In this document: positions 1 through 9,764 of the stretch, piece by piece
Layout: every line of letters begins with the position of its first letter
How positions within the stretch are numbered: position 1 is the first letter of the stretch
DNA from: Spirochaetia bacterium
Lineage (GTDB): Bacteria; Spirochaetota; Spirochaetia; SZUA-6; Bin103
DNA length: 64,000 nucleotides
Direction of reading: 5' to 3'
Assembly (NCBI GenBank): GCA_965203515.1
Contig: OZ241907.1
Location: forward strand, 2,336,001 to 2,400,000
Made by a program: the position numbers and the translations under genes
Notes under the pieces: generated by a model
Databases searched by the model: none
What the model was told of the DNA's origin: nothing
What the model saw: the letters and a program-made list of their open reading frames with translations, nothing else

Positions 1-303
1 CAGCGCCGCTACCAGCTCGTCGCGGATCTCCGCCAGTTTCGCCCGGAGCGCCGGGTCGACCCGTTCGGTCTCCTGCCACAGGCGACGGCGCGTGCCTTCG
101 ACCGTGTACCGGGCTCCCTGGAGCAGGTGACGGACGCGGAACAGCACGTTCACCTCGAAACTGCCGTATACCCGCCGTCCGTAGGCGTTCTTGCGCGGGG
201 AGATCAAGGGAATCGACCGCTCCCAATAGCGCAGGATGTGTGGTTTGACGCCCAGCAGCTCGCTGACCTGTCCGATCGAGTAGTACGTATCGCCCCCCTT
301 CAA
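1..303 (-). CDS. MerR-family transcriptional regulator (3' end outside window)
   Basis: Not in the ORF track. Manual translation MKGGDTYYSIGQVSELLGVKPHILRYWERSIPLISPRKNAYGRRVY matches the MerR HTH pattern; the TTG start overlaps the der stop (TTGA). Confidence 0.85.
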   Translation of the reverse strand, partial: MKGGDTYYSIGQVSELLGVKPHILRYWERSIPLISPRKNAYGRRVYGSFEVNVLFRVRHLLQGARYTVEGTRRRLWQETERVDPALRAKLAEIRDELVAAL

Positions 304-1685
304 CTCCTGCCGGCGCGGCCGTGCCCGGACGTCCCGCGTACGTCGACGATGATCGGCACCCGGTCGAAGCCCAGGTCCGCGCGCGCCCGGTTTTCCAGGA
401 AGCGGCGGTAGTGGGCCGGCACCTGAACCCGATTGACGAAGAACAGCAGACGCACCGGGTTCGCGCCGGTCTGCACGCCGTACTGCACGCGCAACGACTG
501 GCGGCCGGGCGCCGCTCGATCGGTCGAACCGCCAGCGCCCGACGTGCGGTTCCAGCGTTGCACCGCCTCGTTGATCCGGCTGGTGGAAATCGTGCGCGCG
601 CGTTGCCTGCCGACCTCGACGCACGCGTCGAGCAGGGCCGCGATGCCGGATCGCGTACGAGCCGACAGCGTGACGAGCGGTACGTAGGAGAGCGCCGGCA
701 AGTGGCGGCGCGCCCGTGCGATCACCTGATCGCCCTCATGCGGCCGGCACAGATCCGACTTGTTGAGCGCTACCACCAGGCCGCTCCCCTTGCGAACCGC
801 CAACGACGCCAGCCGCTTGTCCTGATCGGCGATCTCTTCGCATGCGTCCGCAAGCAGCACCGCCACGTCGCTCCGCTCCAACGCAGCCACGGAGCGTTGC
901 GTGGAGTAATACTCCACCGGTTCATGGACGCGGGCGCGCCGACGCAGGCCCGCGGTGTCGATCACTTCGAACTGCGCGCCGCGCGCCGCGAAGCGGCCGA
1001 TCACCGGGTCCCGTGTGGTGCCGGGAGTCGAGTCCACCAGGGCGAGCGGCCGGCCGATGAGCGCATTCAGCAGGGTCGACTTGCCGGTATTGGGACGGCC
1101 GAGCAGCGCAAGACGGACCACCGGGCCGCCCCCCGGGTCAGCGGCGGCCGGGGCGGCGGCGACCGGTTCCGCCGCGTCGGCGCGAGCGGCGGCCGCGGCG
1201 GCCAGCCGCGTCCTTGCCAGCTCGGTCAGCGTCTCGATGCCCCGGCCGTGGGCGGCGGAGACCGCCACCACGTCCCGGAAGCCGAGCTCGTGGAATCGCG
1301 CCGCATCGGCGTCCCGGCCGGCATGATCGGCCTTGTTCACCACCACGATCGGCTCGGCGCCGCTACGGCGCAGAGCGCCGGCCAGCTCGTGGTCGGTAGC
1401 GGTCGGCCCGTCGAGGTCGACGACCAACAGGACCACGTCCGCGGCGGCAGCGGCATCGCGAGCGCGGACGCTCACCCGGCCCGCAAGGGGTTGGTCGCTG
1501 CGGCCGGTGATCACGCCGCCGGAGTCGATCAGCGTGCTCGCCGCGCCGCCGAGGCTCCACGTGCCGTAGCCGAGGTCTCTGGTGACACCGGGAGCCGCAT
1601 GGGTGATCGCCTGCCGGGCGCGGCAGAGGCGATTGAACAATGTGGACTTGCCGACGTTGGGCCGCCCAAGGATGGCGACAGTCAT
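300..1685 (-). CDS. der: Ribosome biogenesis GTPase Der/EngA
   Basis: Two tandem G domains (GRPNVGKS..NKAD; GRPNTGKS..DTAG..NKSD) and a C-terminal KH-like region (YRRFLENRAR). Confidence 0.95.
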   Translation of the reverse strand: MTVAILGRPNVGKSTLFNRLCRARQAITHAAPGVTRDLGYGTWSLGGAASTLIDSGGVITGRSDQPLAGRVSVRARDAAAAADVVLLVVDLDGPTATDHELAGALRRSGAEPIVVVNKADHAGRDADAARFHELGFRDVVAVSAAHGRGIETLTELARTRLAAAAAARADAAEPVAAAPAAADPGGGPVVRLALLGRPNTGKSTLLNALIGRPLALVDSTPGTTRDPVIGRFAARGAQFEVIDTAGLRRRARVHEPVEYYSTQRSVAALERSDVAVLLADACEEIADQDKRLASLAVRKGSGLVVALNKSDLCRPHEGDQVIARARRHLPALSYVPLVTLSARTRSGIAALLDACVEVGRQRARTISTSRINEAVQRWNRTSGAGGSTDRAAPGRQSLRVQYGVQTGANPVRLLFFVNRVQVPAHYRRFLENRARADLGFDRVPIIVDVRGTSGHGRAGRS

Positions 1686-1741
1686 GGTGTGTGGAGCGCT
1701 CGCCGCGACGGTGCGCCTGCCGGGACGATACGCCTTCCGGC

Positions 1742-1770
1742 ACGTTACGCCCGCCGGGCCGCGCTGTCAA
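1742..1770 (-). promoter_or_regulatory. Putative sigma70 promoter for der
   Basis: TTGACA-17 nt-TAACGT on the minus strand, upstream of der. Confidence 0.65.
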
Positions 1771-1842
1771 ACTCCGCCGCCGGTTCGTAGAACTGCGGCG
1801 GCGTCAAATCGCTCCATCCGGGTGCCGATGATTGCAGTAGAC

Positions 1843-2598
1843 ATGGCGCGCAAGCGGTTATCCGTCGGTTTCCTGTTCTGGTTGGCCTTGGTGGCGGCGG
1901 TGCTGGTCGTGTTCGTGTTCAGCCGTCCGACCATCGAACGGGTGCTGGACTCGACCGACTTCTTCTCGGCGGTGACGGCGGACAACTCTTCTCCGGTCGT
2001 GGTGTTGCGGCCGTCCGGCAAGGCCCCGAACGGGTACGCGAATCAGAAGCCGGCGGCCGAACGTGCGGGGACGACCGCGCCGGAGCCGGCGGCCGTGCCG
2101 GAGCCGGTGCCCGCCTTCCGTCCGGGGAACGCCGCCGCGCCGTCGCCGGCGGCGCCGGTGTCTCCTGCCCAGGATCGCACGGCCCGCGTCTTCTTCGTGC
2201 TGGTCGACAAGAACGGCGAGATCCGACTCCAAGGGGTACAACGGACGGTCAGCGCCGACGGGCCGCCGCTCACGTCGATGCTGCGCGAGCTGCTGGCCGG
2301 ACCCACGACCGCCGAACAGCGACACGACCTGATCAGCCTGCTCCCCGATGAGGTGGAACTGCACCGAGTGTCGGTGCACGACGGCACCGCGGTGATCGAC
2401 CTGGGCCAAGCGTTCCGGTTCAGCTCGCTTGGACGCGAGGGACTCCTGGCGCGGCTGCAGCAGCTCGTCTACTCGGCGACCGAGTTCCCCACCGTGGACG
2501 CGGTGCAGGTGCTCATCGACGGAAAGAACGTCGATTATCTCGGCCCGGAAGGGATCTACATCGGCGAACCGCTGACCCGCGAGTCGTTCGGATCCTGA
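1843..2598 (+). CDS. GerMN-domain membrane-anchored protein
   Basis: N-terminal TM helix, Pro/Ala linker, then LRELLAGPT..IDL..QLVYSATEFPTVDAVQVLIDG typical of GerMN. Start trimmed to the ATG at 1843. Confidence 0.8.
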   Translation: MARKRLSVGFLFWLALVAAVLVVFVFSRPTIERVLDSTDFFSAVTADNSSPVVVLRPSGKAPNGYANQKPAAERAGTTAPEPAAVPEPVPAFRPGNAAAPSPAAPVSPAQDRTARVFFVLVDKNGEIRLQGVQRTVSADGPPLTSMLRELLAGPTTAEQRHDLISLLPDEVELHRVSVHDGTAVIDLGQAFRFSSLGREGLLARLQQLVYSATEFPTVDAVQVLIDGKNVDYLGPEGIYIGEPLTRESFGS

Positions 2599-2642
2599 GC
2601 GCCGGCTCCTGAGTGCGCTCGGCGCCTCGCCGGTGACCGACG

Positions 2643-3470
2643 TCAGCCATGCGCCACCTGCACCCGTTCGATCGACACCGCTCGACCGTTGCCTGCGTCT
2701 ACCTCGACGTGGACGGCGTTCAGCACGCCGGCACCGTCCGCCACCGTCAGCTTCAACGGCATCTGCGACAGGCTGCGCCGAACCGAGTCCCGCGGGTCGA
2801 AGCCGATCACGCCTCCGCTCGGCCCGGTCATGCCGACGTCGGTGATGTAGGCGGTGCCGCCGGGCAGGATGCGTTCGTCGGCCGTGGTCACGTGGGTGTG
2901 CGTGCCGATCACGGCCGAAACCCGGCCGTCGAGATGCAGAGCCAGCGCCTCCTTTTCCTCGGATGACTCAGCGTGGAGATCCACGACGATCACCGATGCC
3001 TTGGCGCGCAGTGCGGCGACGGCCCGGTCGGCGGTGCGGAACGGACAGCGCGGCGACGGCAGCGCGTGCCGGCCCTGGAGGTTGAGCACGGCGACGTCGG
3101 CGCCCGGCGCGTTCACGACGCACCACCCATGCCCCGGAGCGTCGGCCAAGTAGTTCTCCGGTCGCAGCAGGCGCTGCTCGCGGTCGAGCGTCGGGTGCAG
3201 CGCCGGATGCTGCCAGACGTGGTTGCCGGTGGTGATCACGTGGACGCCGAACCCGAAGATGCGATCCACCAACTCCGGAGTCAGTCCATACCCGTCGGCC
3301 GCGTTCTCACCGTTGGCGATCACCACCGCGGCGCCGGTGCGCCGCTTGAGGCCGCGCAGCCCGGCGAACACCACGTGCATACCGGCATCGCCCACGATGT
3401 CCCCGATCAGGACGATGTGAACGTTCGTGGATGCCCCCTTACCGCGCGTATTCGGTGATCCGGGTCTCAC
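2643..3470 (-). CDS. ymdB: YmdB-family metallophosphoesterase
   Basis: GDIVG, NGEN, TTGNH, DLHAE, GTHTH and TDVGMTG motifs; lies downstream of rny. Start uncertain. Confidence 0.9.
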   Translation of the reverse strand: MRPGSPNTRGKGASTNVHIVLIGDIVGDAGMHVVFAGLRGLKRRTGAAVVIANGENAADGYGLTPELVDRIFGFGVHVITTGNHVWQHPALHPTLDREQRLLRPENYLADAPGHGWCVVNAPGADVAVLNLQGRHALPSPRCPFRTADRAVAALRAKASVIVVDLHAESSEEKEALALHLDGRVSAVIGTHTHVTTADERILPGGTAYITDVGMTGPSGGVIGFDPRDSVRRSLSQMPLKLTVADGAGVLNAVHVEVDAGNGRAVSIERVQVAHG

Positions 3471-4968
3471 GGATCACCGTCACCTTGATGCGGCCGGGGT
3501 ACGTGACTTCGTCCTCGATCCGACGCGCGATCGCGCGGCCCAGCTCGCCGGCGCGGTCGTCGGAGACCGCGTCGGCGCTCACCAGGATGCGCAGCTCGCG
3601 GCCTGCCTGAATGGCGTAAGTCTTTTCCACACCTTCATACTCGCCGGCGATACGCTCCAGATCCTCGAGCCGCTTCAAGTAGTTGTCCAGCGCTTCCCGC
3701 CGCGCCCCCGGACGCGACGAAGAGACGGTGTCGGCGATCTGGACGATGATGGCCTCTACCGACGCCGGCTCGATGTCGTTGTGGTGGGAGCCGATCGCGT
3801 TGCATACCACGTCGTTCTCACCGATCCGTCGGGCCAAGTCCATGCCAAGCTCAGCGTGGCCCACCTCGCCGTCGGAGACCATGCCTTTGCCCACGTCGTG
3901 CAGCAGCGCCGCCCGCTTCGCCGACTTGGTGTCGGCGCCTACCTCCACGGCGATGAACCCGGCCAGCACCGATGCCTCTTTCGAGTGGTTGAGCTGGTTC
4001 TGCCCATAGCTGGTTCGGTAGCGCAGGCGGCCAAGCGCCGCCACCCCGTCGGGATGCATGTCGTGGATGCCGAGCTCGAACAGTACCCGCTGCCCCTCTT
4101 CGAACAGCGTCTGCTCCAGCTCCCGCATCACCTTGCGTACCACTTCCTCGATCCGCGCCGGGTGGATGCGTCCGTCGGAGACCAGCCGCTGCAGCGCAAG
4201 CTTCGCCGTCTCCCGGCGAACCGGATCGAAGCACGAGAGGATCACCGCCTCGGGCGTATCGTCGATGATGATATCGACGCCCGTGAGGGTTTCCAGCGCA
4301 CGGATGTTCCGGCCTTCCCGGCCGATGATCCGCCCCTTCATCTCGTCCGAGGGCAGATCGACCGAGGTGACGCTGGTCTCCGCGGTGATCTCGGTCGCCA
4401 AGCGCTGCATCGCGGAGACGATCATCGACCGGGAGCGCCGCTCGGCGCCCTCCGCCGCCTCCGCCTCGATGCGGCGCACCAGATCGTGCGCGTCCCGACG
4501 AGCTTCCGTTTCTATGTTCGCGGTCAGTTGCTGCTTGGCCTCTGCGACCGTGAGCTGGGCGACCTTCTCCAGCTCTGCATTCAGTACGGCCCCGGCTTCA
4601 TCGAGGGCGCCCTCTCGCTCCGTTACTTGCTGCTCGCGCTTCGCGAGTGCTCGTTCCTGACGATTTACGGTCTCAAGTCGCTCCTGGAGGCTCTCTTCCC
4701 TCTGACGGACCTTCCGTTCGTAGCGCTCGATCTCGCGCCGTTGGTCCCGTGCTTCCCGGTCCAACGTCTCGCGTTCGGCGAGCAGCAAGTCCTTCGTTTC
4801 GATGAGGGCCTCGCGTTTCTTCTCTTGTGCCTCTCGAATCGCGTCTTGGAGAACTCTTCGTGCCTTCTGCTCCGAGGAGGAGAGTTCGAATCTGGCATAT
4901 GACCATCGGACGAGCCAGCCGATCAGCAAACCGGCGAGAGGAAGCATGAAGAACCATACGAGCTCCAT
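3439..4968 (-). CDS. rny: Ribonuclease Y
   Basis: N-terminal TM helix, coiled coil, KH domain (KGRIIGREGRNIR) and HD domain (LLHDVGK). Confidence 0.97.
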   Translation of the reverse strand: MELVWFFMLPLAGLLIGWLVRWSYARFELSSSEQKARRVLQDAIREAQEKKREALIETKDLLLAERETLDREARDQRREIERYERKVRQREESLQERLETVNRQERALAKREQQVTEREGALDEAGAVLNAELEKVAQLTVAEAKQQLTANIETEARRDAHDLVRRIEAEAAEGAERRSRSMIVSAMQRLATEITAETSVTSVDLPSDEMKGRIIGREGRNIRALETLTGVDIIIDDTPEAVILSCFDPVRRETAKLALQRLVSDGRIHPARIEEVVRKVMRELEQTLFEEGQRVLFELGIHDMHPDGVAALGRLRYRTSYGQNQLNHSKEASVLAGFIAVEVGADTKSAKRAALLHDVGKGMVSDGEVGHAELGMDLARRIGENDVVCNAIGSHHNDIEPASVEAIIVQIADTVSSSRPGARREALDNYLKRLEDLERIAGEYEGVEKTYAIQAGRELRILVSADAVSDDRAGELGRAIARRIEDEVTYPGRIKVTVIRETRITEYAR

Positions 4969-4994
4969 TGCGTTCCTCCATGGTGGCTGTGCCC

Positions 4995-5023
4995 ACGGTA
5001 CGGGCGCCGCCGGTCAAAGTCAA
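4995..5023 (-). promoter_or_regulatory. Putative sigma70 promoter for rny-ymdB
   Basis: TTGACT-17 nt-TACCGT, with a GGAGG SD before the rny ATG. Confidence 0.55.
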
Positions 5024-5958
5024 GGCGGAGGCCGGCCGGGCGATTCCGGGACCCCCAGCGATTCCGGGGTCCCGGAACCCGCGGCTCGCACCAGTCCGAG
5101 CCGCGCGGCCAGGGTGGGCGCGTCCCACGCGCGGCCGTCGTCCGCGGCCGCCAGCAGCAGGTAGGCCGGCCTTCCGCCGGCTTGCGCGGGCAGCAGGGCC
5201 AGGCGGGCGATTCTACTGCGCGCTGCGGCGGGCAGGCGCTCCGCCATCCCGGCGAGCCGGTATGGCGAACCGACGGCGATGACCGTGACCCGCCGGGTCA
5301 GGTAGCGCGCGGCCACCGGATCGGCGGGCGCATACGTCAGCCGCCCGGCCGAACGTCGAAGGATCCCGGTCACCTGCCGTGCGCGGTACCCGCCGGAAGA
5401 TTCACGGACCAGGAGCGCCGCGCCGATCGCCTTCGCCCTGCGGCAGAGACGATTCAGCGCCCGAGTGAACGGCTCCGCCGCGTCCGCCGCCGATCCGGCG
5501 GCGAACGCGTCCAGGTCGATGCCGTCGGGGAGCAGCCGCAGCGGCTCGCCGTCCGGCGACCGCGCCGGCGCGCCGGGCGATCTCGGCGGCGAGCCGCCGA
5601 TCACCGCTGCCGCCAGCCGTCGCAATCCCGGATCGCGCCCTCCCCCCCCGGATCGACCGTACGCGTGGCGCTGAACCCGGTAGATGCCGCCCTCCGCTGC
5701 CACCGCCGGCGAGTCGTCGGCGACCAGATCGAACAGTTCCCGGATGGTATGGAGGTCGAGGCGCTCCGGCCGCTCGGCGGTATCGGGTTCCTCGACCGCC
5801 GGGAGAGCTTCGAGCAGCTCCTCGACCCGCTCGACGCCGCGCGCAGGGAGTGCGAGCGCCGGACTCATCGCCGGGTACCGATCGCCGCCTGCCGCCGGCA
5901 GCGTCTCCAGTTCCTCGAACTCCGGCGGGCGGTCCCCGTCCGCTGTGCCCGGCTCCAC
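5020..5958 (-). CDS. Hypothetical protein (acidic N-terminus)
   Basis: 312-aa ORF filling the gap, co-oriented with neighbours, with EELEXL-like acidic segments. No family recognised. Confidence 0.6.
   Translation of the reverse strand: MEPGTADGDRPPEFEELETLPAAGGDRYPAMSPALALPARGVERVEELLEALPAVEEPDTAERPERLDLHTIRELFDLVADDSPAVAAEGGIYRVQRHAYGRSGGGGRDPGLRRLAAAVIGGSPPRSPGAPARSPDGEPLRLLPDGIDLDAFAAGSAADAAEPFTRALNRLCRRAKAIGAALLVRESSGGYRARQVTGILRRSAGRLTYAPADPVAARYLTRRVTVIAVGSPYRLAGMAERLPAAARSRIARLALLPAQAGGRPAYLLLAAADDGRAWDAPTLAARLGLVRAAGSGTPESLGVPESPGRPPP
5044..5077. repeat. Perfect 12-bp inverted repeat
   Basis: TTCCGGGACCCC-10 nt-GGGGTCCCGGAA. Confidence 0.8.
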
Positions 5959-6016
5959 GCTTGCCCCCGGTATCAGTCTATAGCAGAGAACCCCCGCCGC
6001 CCTTCACCGTCACCCC

Positions 6017-6592
6017 TTAACCGGATCGGCCGCGCAGGCGGCCCCACACAACCGCGCAGCCGCAGAGGACCAGCAGGACGACCACGCACGCCGCTCCCGC
6101 CACCGTGGTGACGCCGGCGCCGCCCGCCGGCGCCGGTTCGCGCGGCCCGCTCCGAGCATCCAGCAACGCCTGGTCGAGGCTCCGTATCGGGCTGTGCAGC
6201 CGGAAGCGGACGCGACCATCCATGAGCCGGGCCAGATAGGCCATGCTGGCGCCGAGCAGCGCGCCGGCCGGACCGGGCAGGCGCAGGCGCGAATCGACCA
6301 TGAGGCGCGAGACGAACAGCAATCCGCCGAGGGAGGCGGCCTTGCCCGCGCCGACCATCAGCGCGCCCTCCGTGACCGCAACTCCTCCGATGCGCAGGAG
6401 TACCCGGCCGGCGGGGGTGAGCAGATTGAACACGACGGTCGCCGCAAGGAACACCGCGGTGCGCCGCAGGCGCAGCCTCGGCTGCACCAACCATGCAAGC
6501 ACGGAGCAGATGAACGCCTGTGCGCCGCGCAGCATCAGGTCTTCCTGCGCCACCAGCGAGGCCGCCAGCAACACTCCGGCAGCCAGCCGCAT
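6017..6592 (-). CDS. Hypothetical integral membrane protein (loosely EcfT-like)
   Basis: Several hydrophobic segments and FNLLTPAGRVLL. Family assignment weak. Confidence 0.55.
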   Translation of the reverse strand: MRLAAGVLLAASLVAQEDLMLRGAQAFICSVLAWLVQPRLRLRRTAVFLAATVVFNLLTPAGRVLLRIGGVAVTEGALMVGAGKAASLGGLLFVSRLMVDSRLRLPGPAGALLGASMAYLARLMDGRVRFRLHSPIRSLDQALLDARSGPREPAPAGGAGVTTVAGAACVVVLLVLCGCAVVWGRLRGRSG

Positions 6593-6653
6593 GCCGGCCG
6601 ACAGGTTGCCGTCGAGCCAGCGAGCTGCTGCGGCTCTCAGCGCAGGCGGACGC

Positions 6654-7037
6654 TCAGCCGGACGCTTCGTCGGTCTCGGCCGGCCGGTCGAGCAGTTCCA
6701 GGATCACCATCTCGCTGGCGTCCCCGTACCGCGGGCCGAGTTTGAGCACGCGCGTATAGCCGCCGGGCCGATCCTGGAAGCGCGGACCGAGCACGTTGAA
6801 CAGCTTGGCCAGCACCGCCGGATCGTGCAGCCGCCGCGCGACGATCCGCCGGCTGTGCACGCTGTCCTGCTTGGCCCGCGTGATCATCTTCTCCGCGGTC
6901 CGGCGCACGGCAAGCGCCTTGGCGCGCGTGGTTCGAATCCGTTCATGCCGGAACAGCGCCACGACCATGTTCGAGTGCAGCGCCTTGCGGTGGCTCGGCG
7001 TGCGGCCGAGCGGGTTATAGCCAACGCGGTGTCTCAT
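6654..7037 (-). CDS. rplQ: 50S ribosomal protein L17
   Basis: [32 protein letters not shown]. Confidence 0.97.
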   Translation of the reverse strand: MRHRVGYNPLGRTPSHRKALHSNMVVALFRHERIRTTRAKALAVRRTAEKMITRAKQDSVHSRRIVARRLHDPAVLAKLFNVLGPRFQDRPGGYTRVLKLGPRYGDASEMVILELLDRPAETDEASG

Positions 7038-7074
7038 CTCCACACCTCCCGCAGCGTGCGGCCGTTCCCTTCGA

Positions 7075-8196
7075 TCACGGTTCGTCCATCCGTTCGTCGG
7101 ACGCGGCCTCTTCGCCGCTCATCACCTCCGCATCTGCCGGGACGCCATGCTCGAAGTCGAGCGCGTTGCCGCTGGCAAGGCGCTCGCGCACCGCGCTGTA
7201 GTCGTAATCGCTCATACCGAGATGCAGATCCCGCTCTTCCAACCTCTTCTTGATTTCATCCAGAGACTTGCGGCCGAAGTTGCGGGTCTTGGCGATCTCC
7301 TCCTCGGTCTTGCGGGTCAGATCGCCGATCGTGCGAATGTTCTCGTTCCTCAGACAGTTGCTCGACCGCACCGACAGCTCCAGCTCCTCGACGGGCGTGT
7401 CCAGCAATGCGCGCAGCCGTTCGTCCTCGACGTCCAGCTCCTCGTGGTCGACCTCGTCCTCTTCGAAGTTGATGAAGATCGTGTAGTGTTCCTTGGCGAT
7501 CTTGGCGGCCTCGGCAACCGCATCTTCCGGCTTCTTGGTGCCGTCGGTCCACACCTCGAGCACCAGCTTGTCGTAGTCGGTCCGCTGGCCGACGCGCGTG
7601 TTCTCGACCGTGTACTTCACGCGCTCGATCGGCGAGAACAGGGCGTCGATGGGGATGGTACCGACCACCTCGATGAACCGCTCGCTGTTTTCCGCCGGCA
7701 GATAGCCGCGCGAGAACTCGATCTCTACCTCGATCTCCAGATTCGCGTCGGCCATGAGCGTGGCGATCGGCAGGTCCGCGTTGGTTACCGAAATCGCCGA
7801 GTCCACGGCCAGATCGCCGGCGACCAGGACGCCGGGGCCGGACTTCTCCAGATAGATCGTCCGTTCCTCCACGCCTTCGTCCAGCGCCAACCTGACCTGC
7901 TTCAGAGCGTTGATGAGGTCCGGGGTGTCCTCCACGACGTGCGCGATCGGCTCGAACTCGCTCGACACGGTATGCGCCGTGCCGTCGGCGCCGCGGGAGG
8001 CGATACGCACGGCGGTGATCGCGTATCCCGGGATGCCCGAAAGCAGGATGCGCCGCAGGCTGTTGCCGATGGTAGCCCCGTAGCCCCGTTCGAACGGATG
8101 CGCGATGAACTTGCCGTAGGCAGCCTCCAGGTCGGTCTGCTGAACGACTATGCCCTTGGCGAGATTGAGCCCCTTCAAGAGGTTTCTGCGCGTCAT
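7075..8196 (-). CDS. rpoA: RNA polymerase alpha subunit
   Basis: [32 protein letters not shown] (alpha-CTD). Confidence 0.97.
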   Translation of the reverse strand: MTRRNLLKGLNLAKGIVVQQTDLEAAYGKFIAHPFERGYGATIGNSLRRILLSGIPGYAITAVRIASRGADGTAHTVSSEFEPIAHVVEDTPDLINALKQVRLALDEGVEERTIYLEKSGPGVLVAGDLAVDSAISVTNADLPIATLMADANLEIEVEIEFSRGYLPAENSERFIEVVGTIPIDALFSPIERVKYTVENTRVGQRTDYDKLVLEVWTDGTKKPEDAVAEAAKIAKEHYTIFINFEEDEVDHEELDVEDERLRALLDTPVEELELSVRSSNCLRNENIRTIGDLTRKTEEEIAKTRNFGRKSLDEIKKRLEERDLHLGMSDYDYSAVRERLASGNALDFEHGVPADAEVMSGEEAASDERMDEP

Positions 8197-8203
8197 CAGC
8201 CCC

Positions 8204-8839
8204 TCACTTGGAGTACAGCTCGACGATAAGCTGCTCGTTGACGCCGTCGAGATCGGGCACGTCGGCGCGCCGCGGCAGAGCGAGGACCTGGCCCCACATC
8301 GCATCCGGGTCTACTTTGAGCCACGGCAGCGTGCCGGAGCGCGAGTACTCCTTGAGGCTGTCCTTGACCGCCGTCATCGTCTTGCCGCGCTCGCGCAGCT
8401 CCAGGACGTCGCCCTTCCGCACCAGGTAGCTCGGTATGGTCACGCGCTTGCCGTTGACCATCACGTGACCGTGCGACACGAGCTGCCGCGCCTGTTTGCG
8501 TGAGCTGGCGAAGTGCATGCGGTACACGATGTTGTCGAGCCTTTGCTCCAACATGCGGATCAGGTTTTCGGCGGTCACGCCGCGCTGCCGGTTGGCGCGT
8601 TCGAAGAAGAGGCGAAACTGTTTCTCCAGCATTCCGTACATGCGCTTCACACGCTGCTTGCCGCGGAGCTGCATGCCGTAGTCCGACAGCTTCTGCGGGC
8701 GCTCCCGCGGCGCCTTGCCCGGCTTGCCGCGCCGCTTGGCGATCTGGCACTTGTCGGAATGGCAGCGCGATCCCTTGAGGAACAACTTGGCCCCTTCCGC
8801 CCGGCACAGCCGGCAGGCGGGTCCGAGGTAGCGAGCCAT
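8204..8839 (-). CDS. rpsD: 30S ribosomal protein S4 (Cys-containing type)
   Basis: MARYLGPACRLCRAEG; LEQRLDNIVYR; ARQLVSHGH. Confidence 0.97.
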   Translation of the reverse strand: MARYLGPACRLCRAEGAKLFLKGSRCHSDKCQIAKRRGKPGKAPRERPQKLSDYGMQLRGKQRVKRMYGMLEKQFRLFFERANRQRGVTAENLIRMLEQRLDNIVYRMHFASSRKQARQLVSHGHVMVNGKRVTIPSYLVRKGDVLELRERGKTMTAVKDSLKEYSRSGTLPWLKVDPDAMWGQVLALPRRADVPDLDGVNEQLIVELYSK

Positions 8840-8841
8840 GC

Positions 8842-9218
8842 CTACACCCGCCGTTTCTTCTGCGGCCGGCAACCGTTGTGTGGTATCGGCGTGACGTTGC
8901 GGATGGTACGCACCCGCAAGCCGAGCGCGCCGAGCGATCGCACGGCAGACTCGCCGCCTCCGCCGGGTCCCTTCACGAACACGTTGACCTCCATGAGACC
9001 GTAATCCATCGCTTTGCGCGCGGCGGTCTCCGCCGTGGTCTGCGCGCGAACGGCGTGGACTTCTTCGCTCCGCGGAACCCGAGAGAGCCGGCCGACGCCC
9101 ATGACACCGCGTTGCCCATCAGATCGGTGATGGTCACGATCGTGTTGTTGAAGGTCGCCTGGATGTAGACGTTCCCTTCGCTGACCGCTCGGTCCCGTTT
9201 GCCCTTCGATTTTGCCAT
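8842..9218 (-). CDS. rpsK: 30S ribosomal protein S11, split by a 1-nt frameshift near 9045
   Basis: The N-half ([19 protein letters not shown]) and C-half ([15 protein letters not shown]) are in different frames; the 377-nt span is one base short of a multiple of 3. Confidence 0.92.
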
Positions 9219-9242
9219 CTGTCGTTACTCGCAATCCTTCCG

Positions 9243-9623
9243 TTACTTGGCCGTTGGCGCTTTCTTCTTGCCCGCGACCGTCTTCTTGCTTCCCTTGCGC
9301 GCGCGCGCGTTGGTGCGCGTGCGCTGGCCGCGCACCGGCAGGCCGCGCCGGTGGCGTATGCCGCGGTAGCAGCCGATGTCCATCAGCCGCTTGATGTTGA
9401 GCGACGCATCCGTGCGCAGCGGCCCCTCGACCACGTAGTCGCTCTCGATCACGCGCCGCAGCTCGTTGACCTCTTCCGGTGCCAGGTCGTTCAGCATGCG
9501 GTCGGGATCGATCCCGGTCTTGTCGCAGATCGCGGCTGCGGAAGGAGCCCCGATCCCATAGATGTAGGTCAATCCGACGCACACGTGCTTGTTCGGCAGA
9601 TCGACCCCGGCGATCCTTGCCAT
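9243..9623 (-). CDS. rpsM: 30S ribosomal protein S13
   Basis: [32 protein letters not shown]. Confidence 0.97.
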   Translation of the reverse strand: MARIAGVDLPNKHVCVGLTYIYGIGAPSAAAICDKTGIDPDRMLNDLAPEEVNELRRVIESDYVVEGPLRTDASLNIKRLMDIGCYRGIRHRRGLPVRGQRTRTNARARKGSKKTVAGKKKAPTAK

Positions 9624-9627
9624 GTCG

Positions 9628-9741
9628 CTACCCCTGTCGCTGTTTGTGTTTCGGGTTATCGCAGATGACGCGGACGACACCGCGACGCCTGATGATCTTG
9701 CACTTCGCGCACATCTTCTTCACGCTGGCTCTGACCTTCAT
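9628..9741 (-). CDS. rpmJ: 50S ribosomal protein L36 (Zn-ribbon type)
   Basis: [37 protein letters not shown]. Confidence 0.97.
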   Translation of the reverse strand: MKVRASVKKMCAKCKIIRRRGVVRVICDNPKHKQRQG

Positions 9742-9764
9742 GACTCCTCTACCGGTTCCGGGGC

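Noticed and set aside
4969..5020. 6S RNA or zapA, often found upstream of rny
   Set aside because: The gap is too short and no such structure or ORF is visible.
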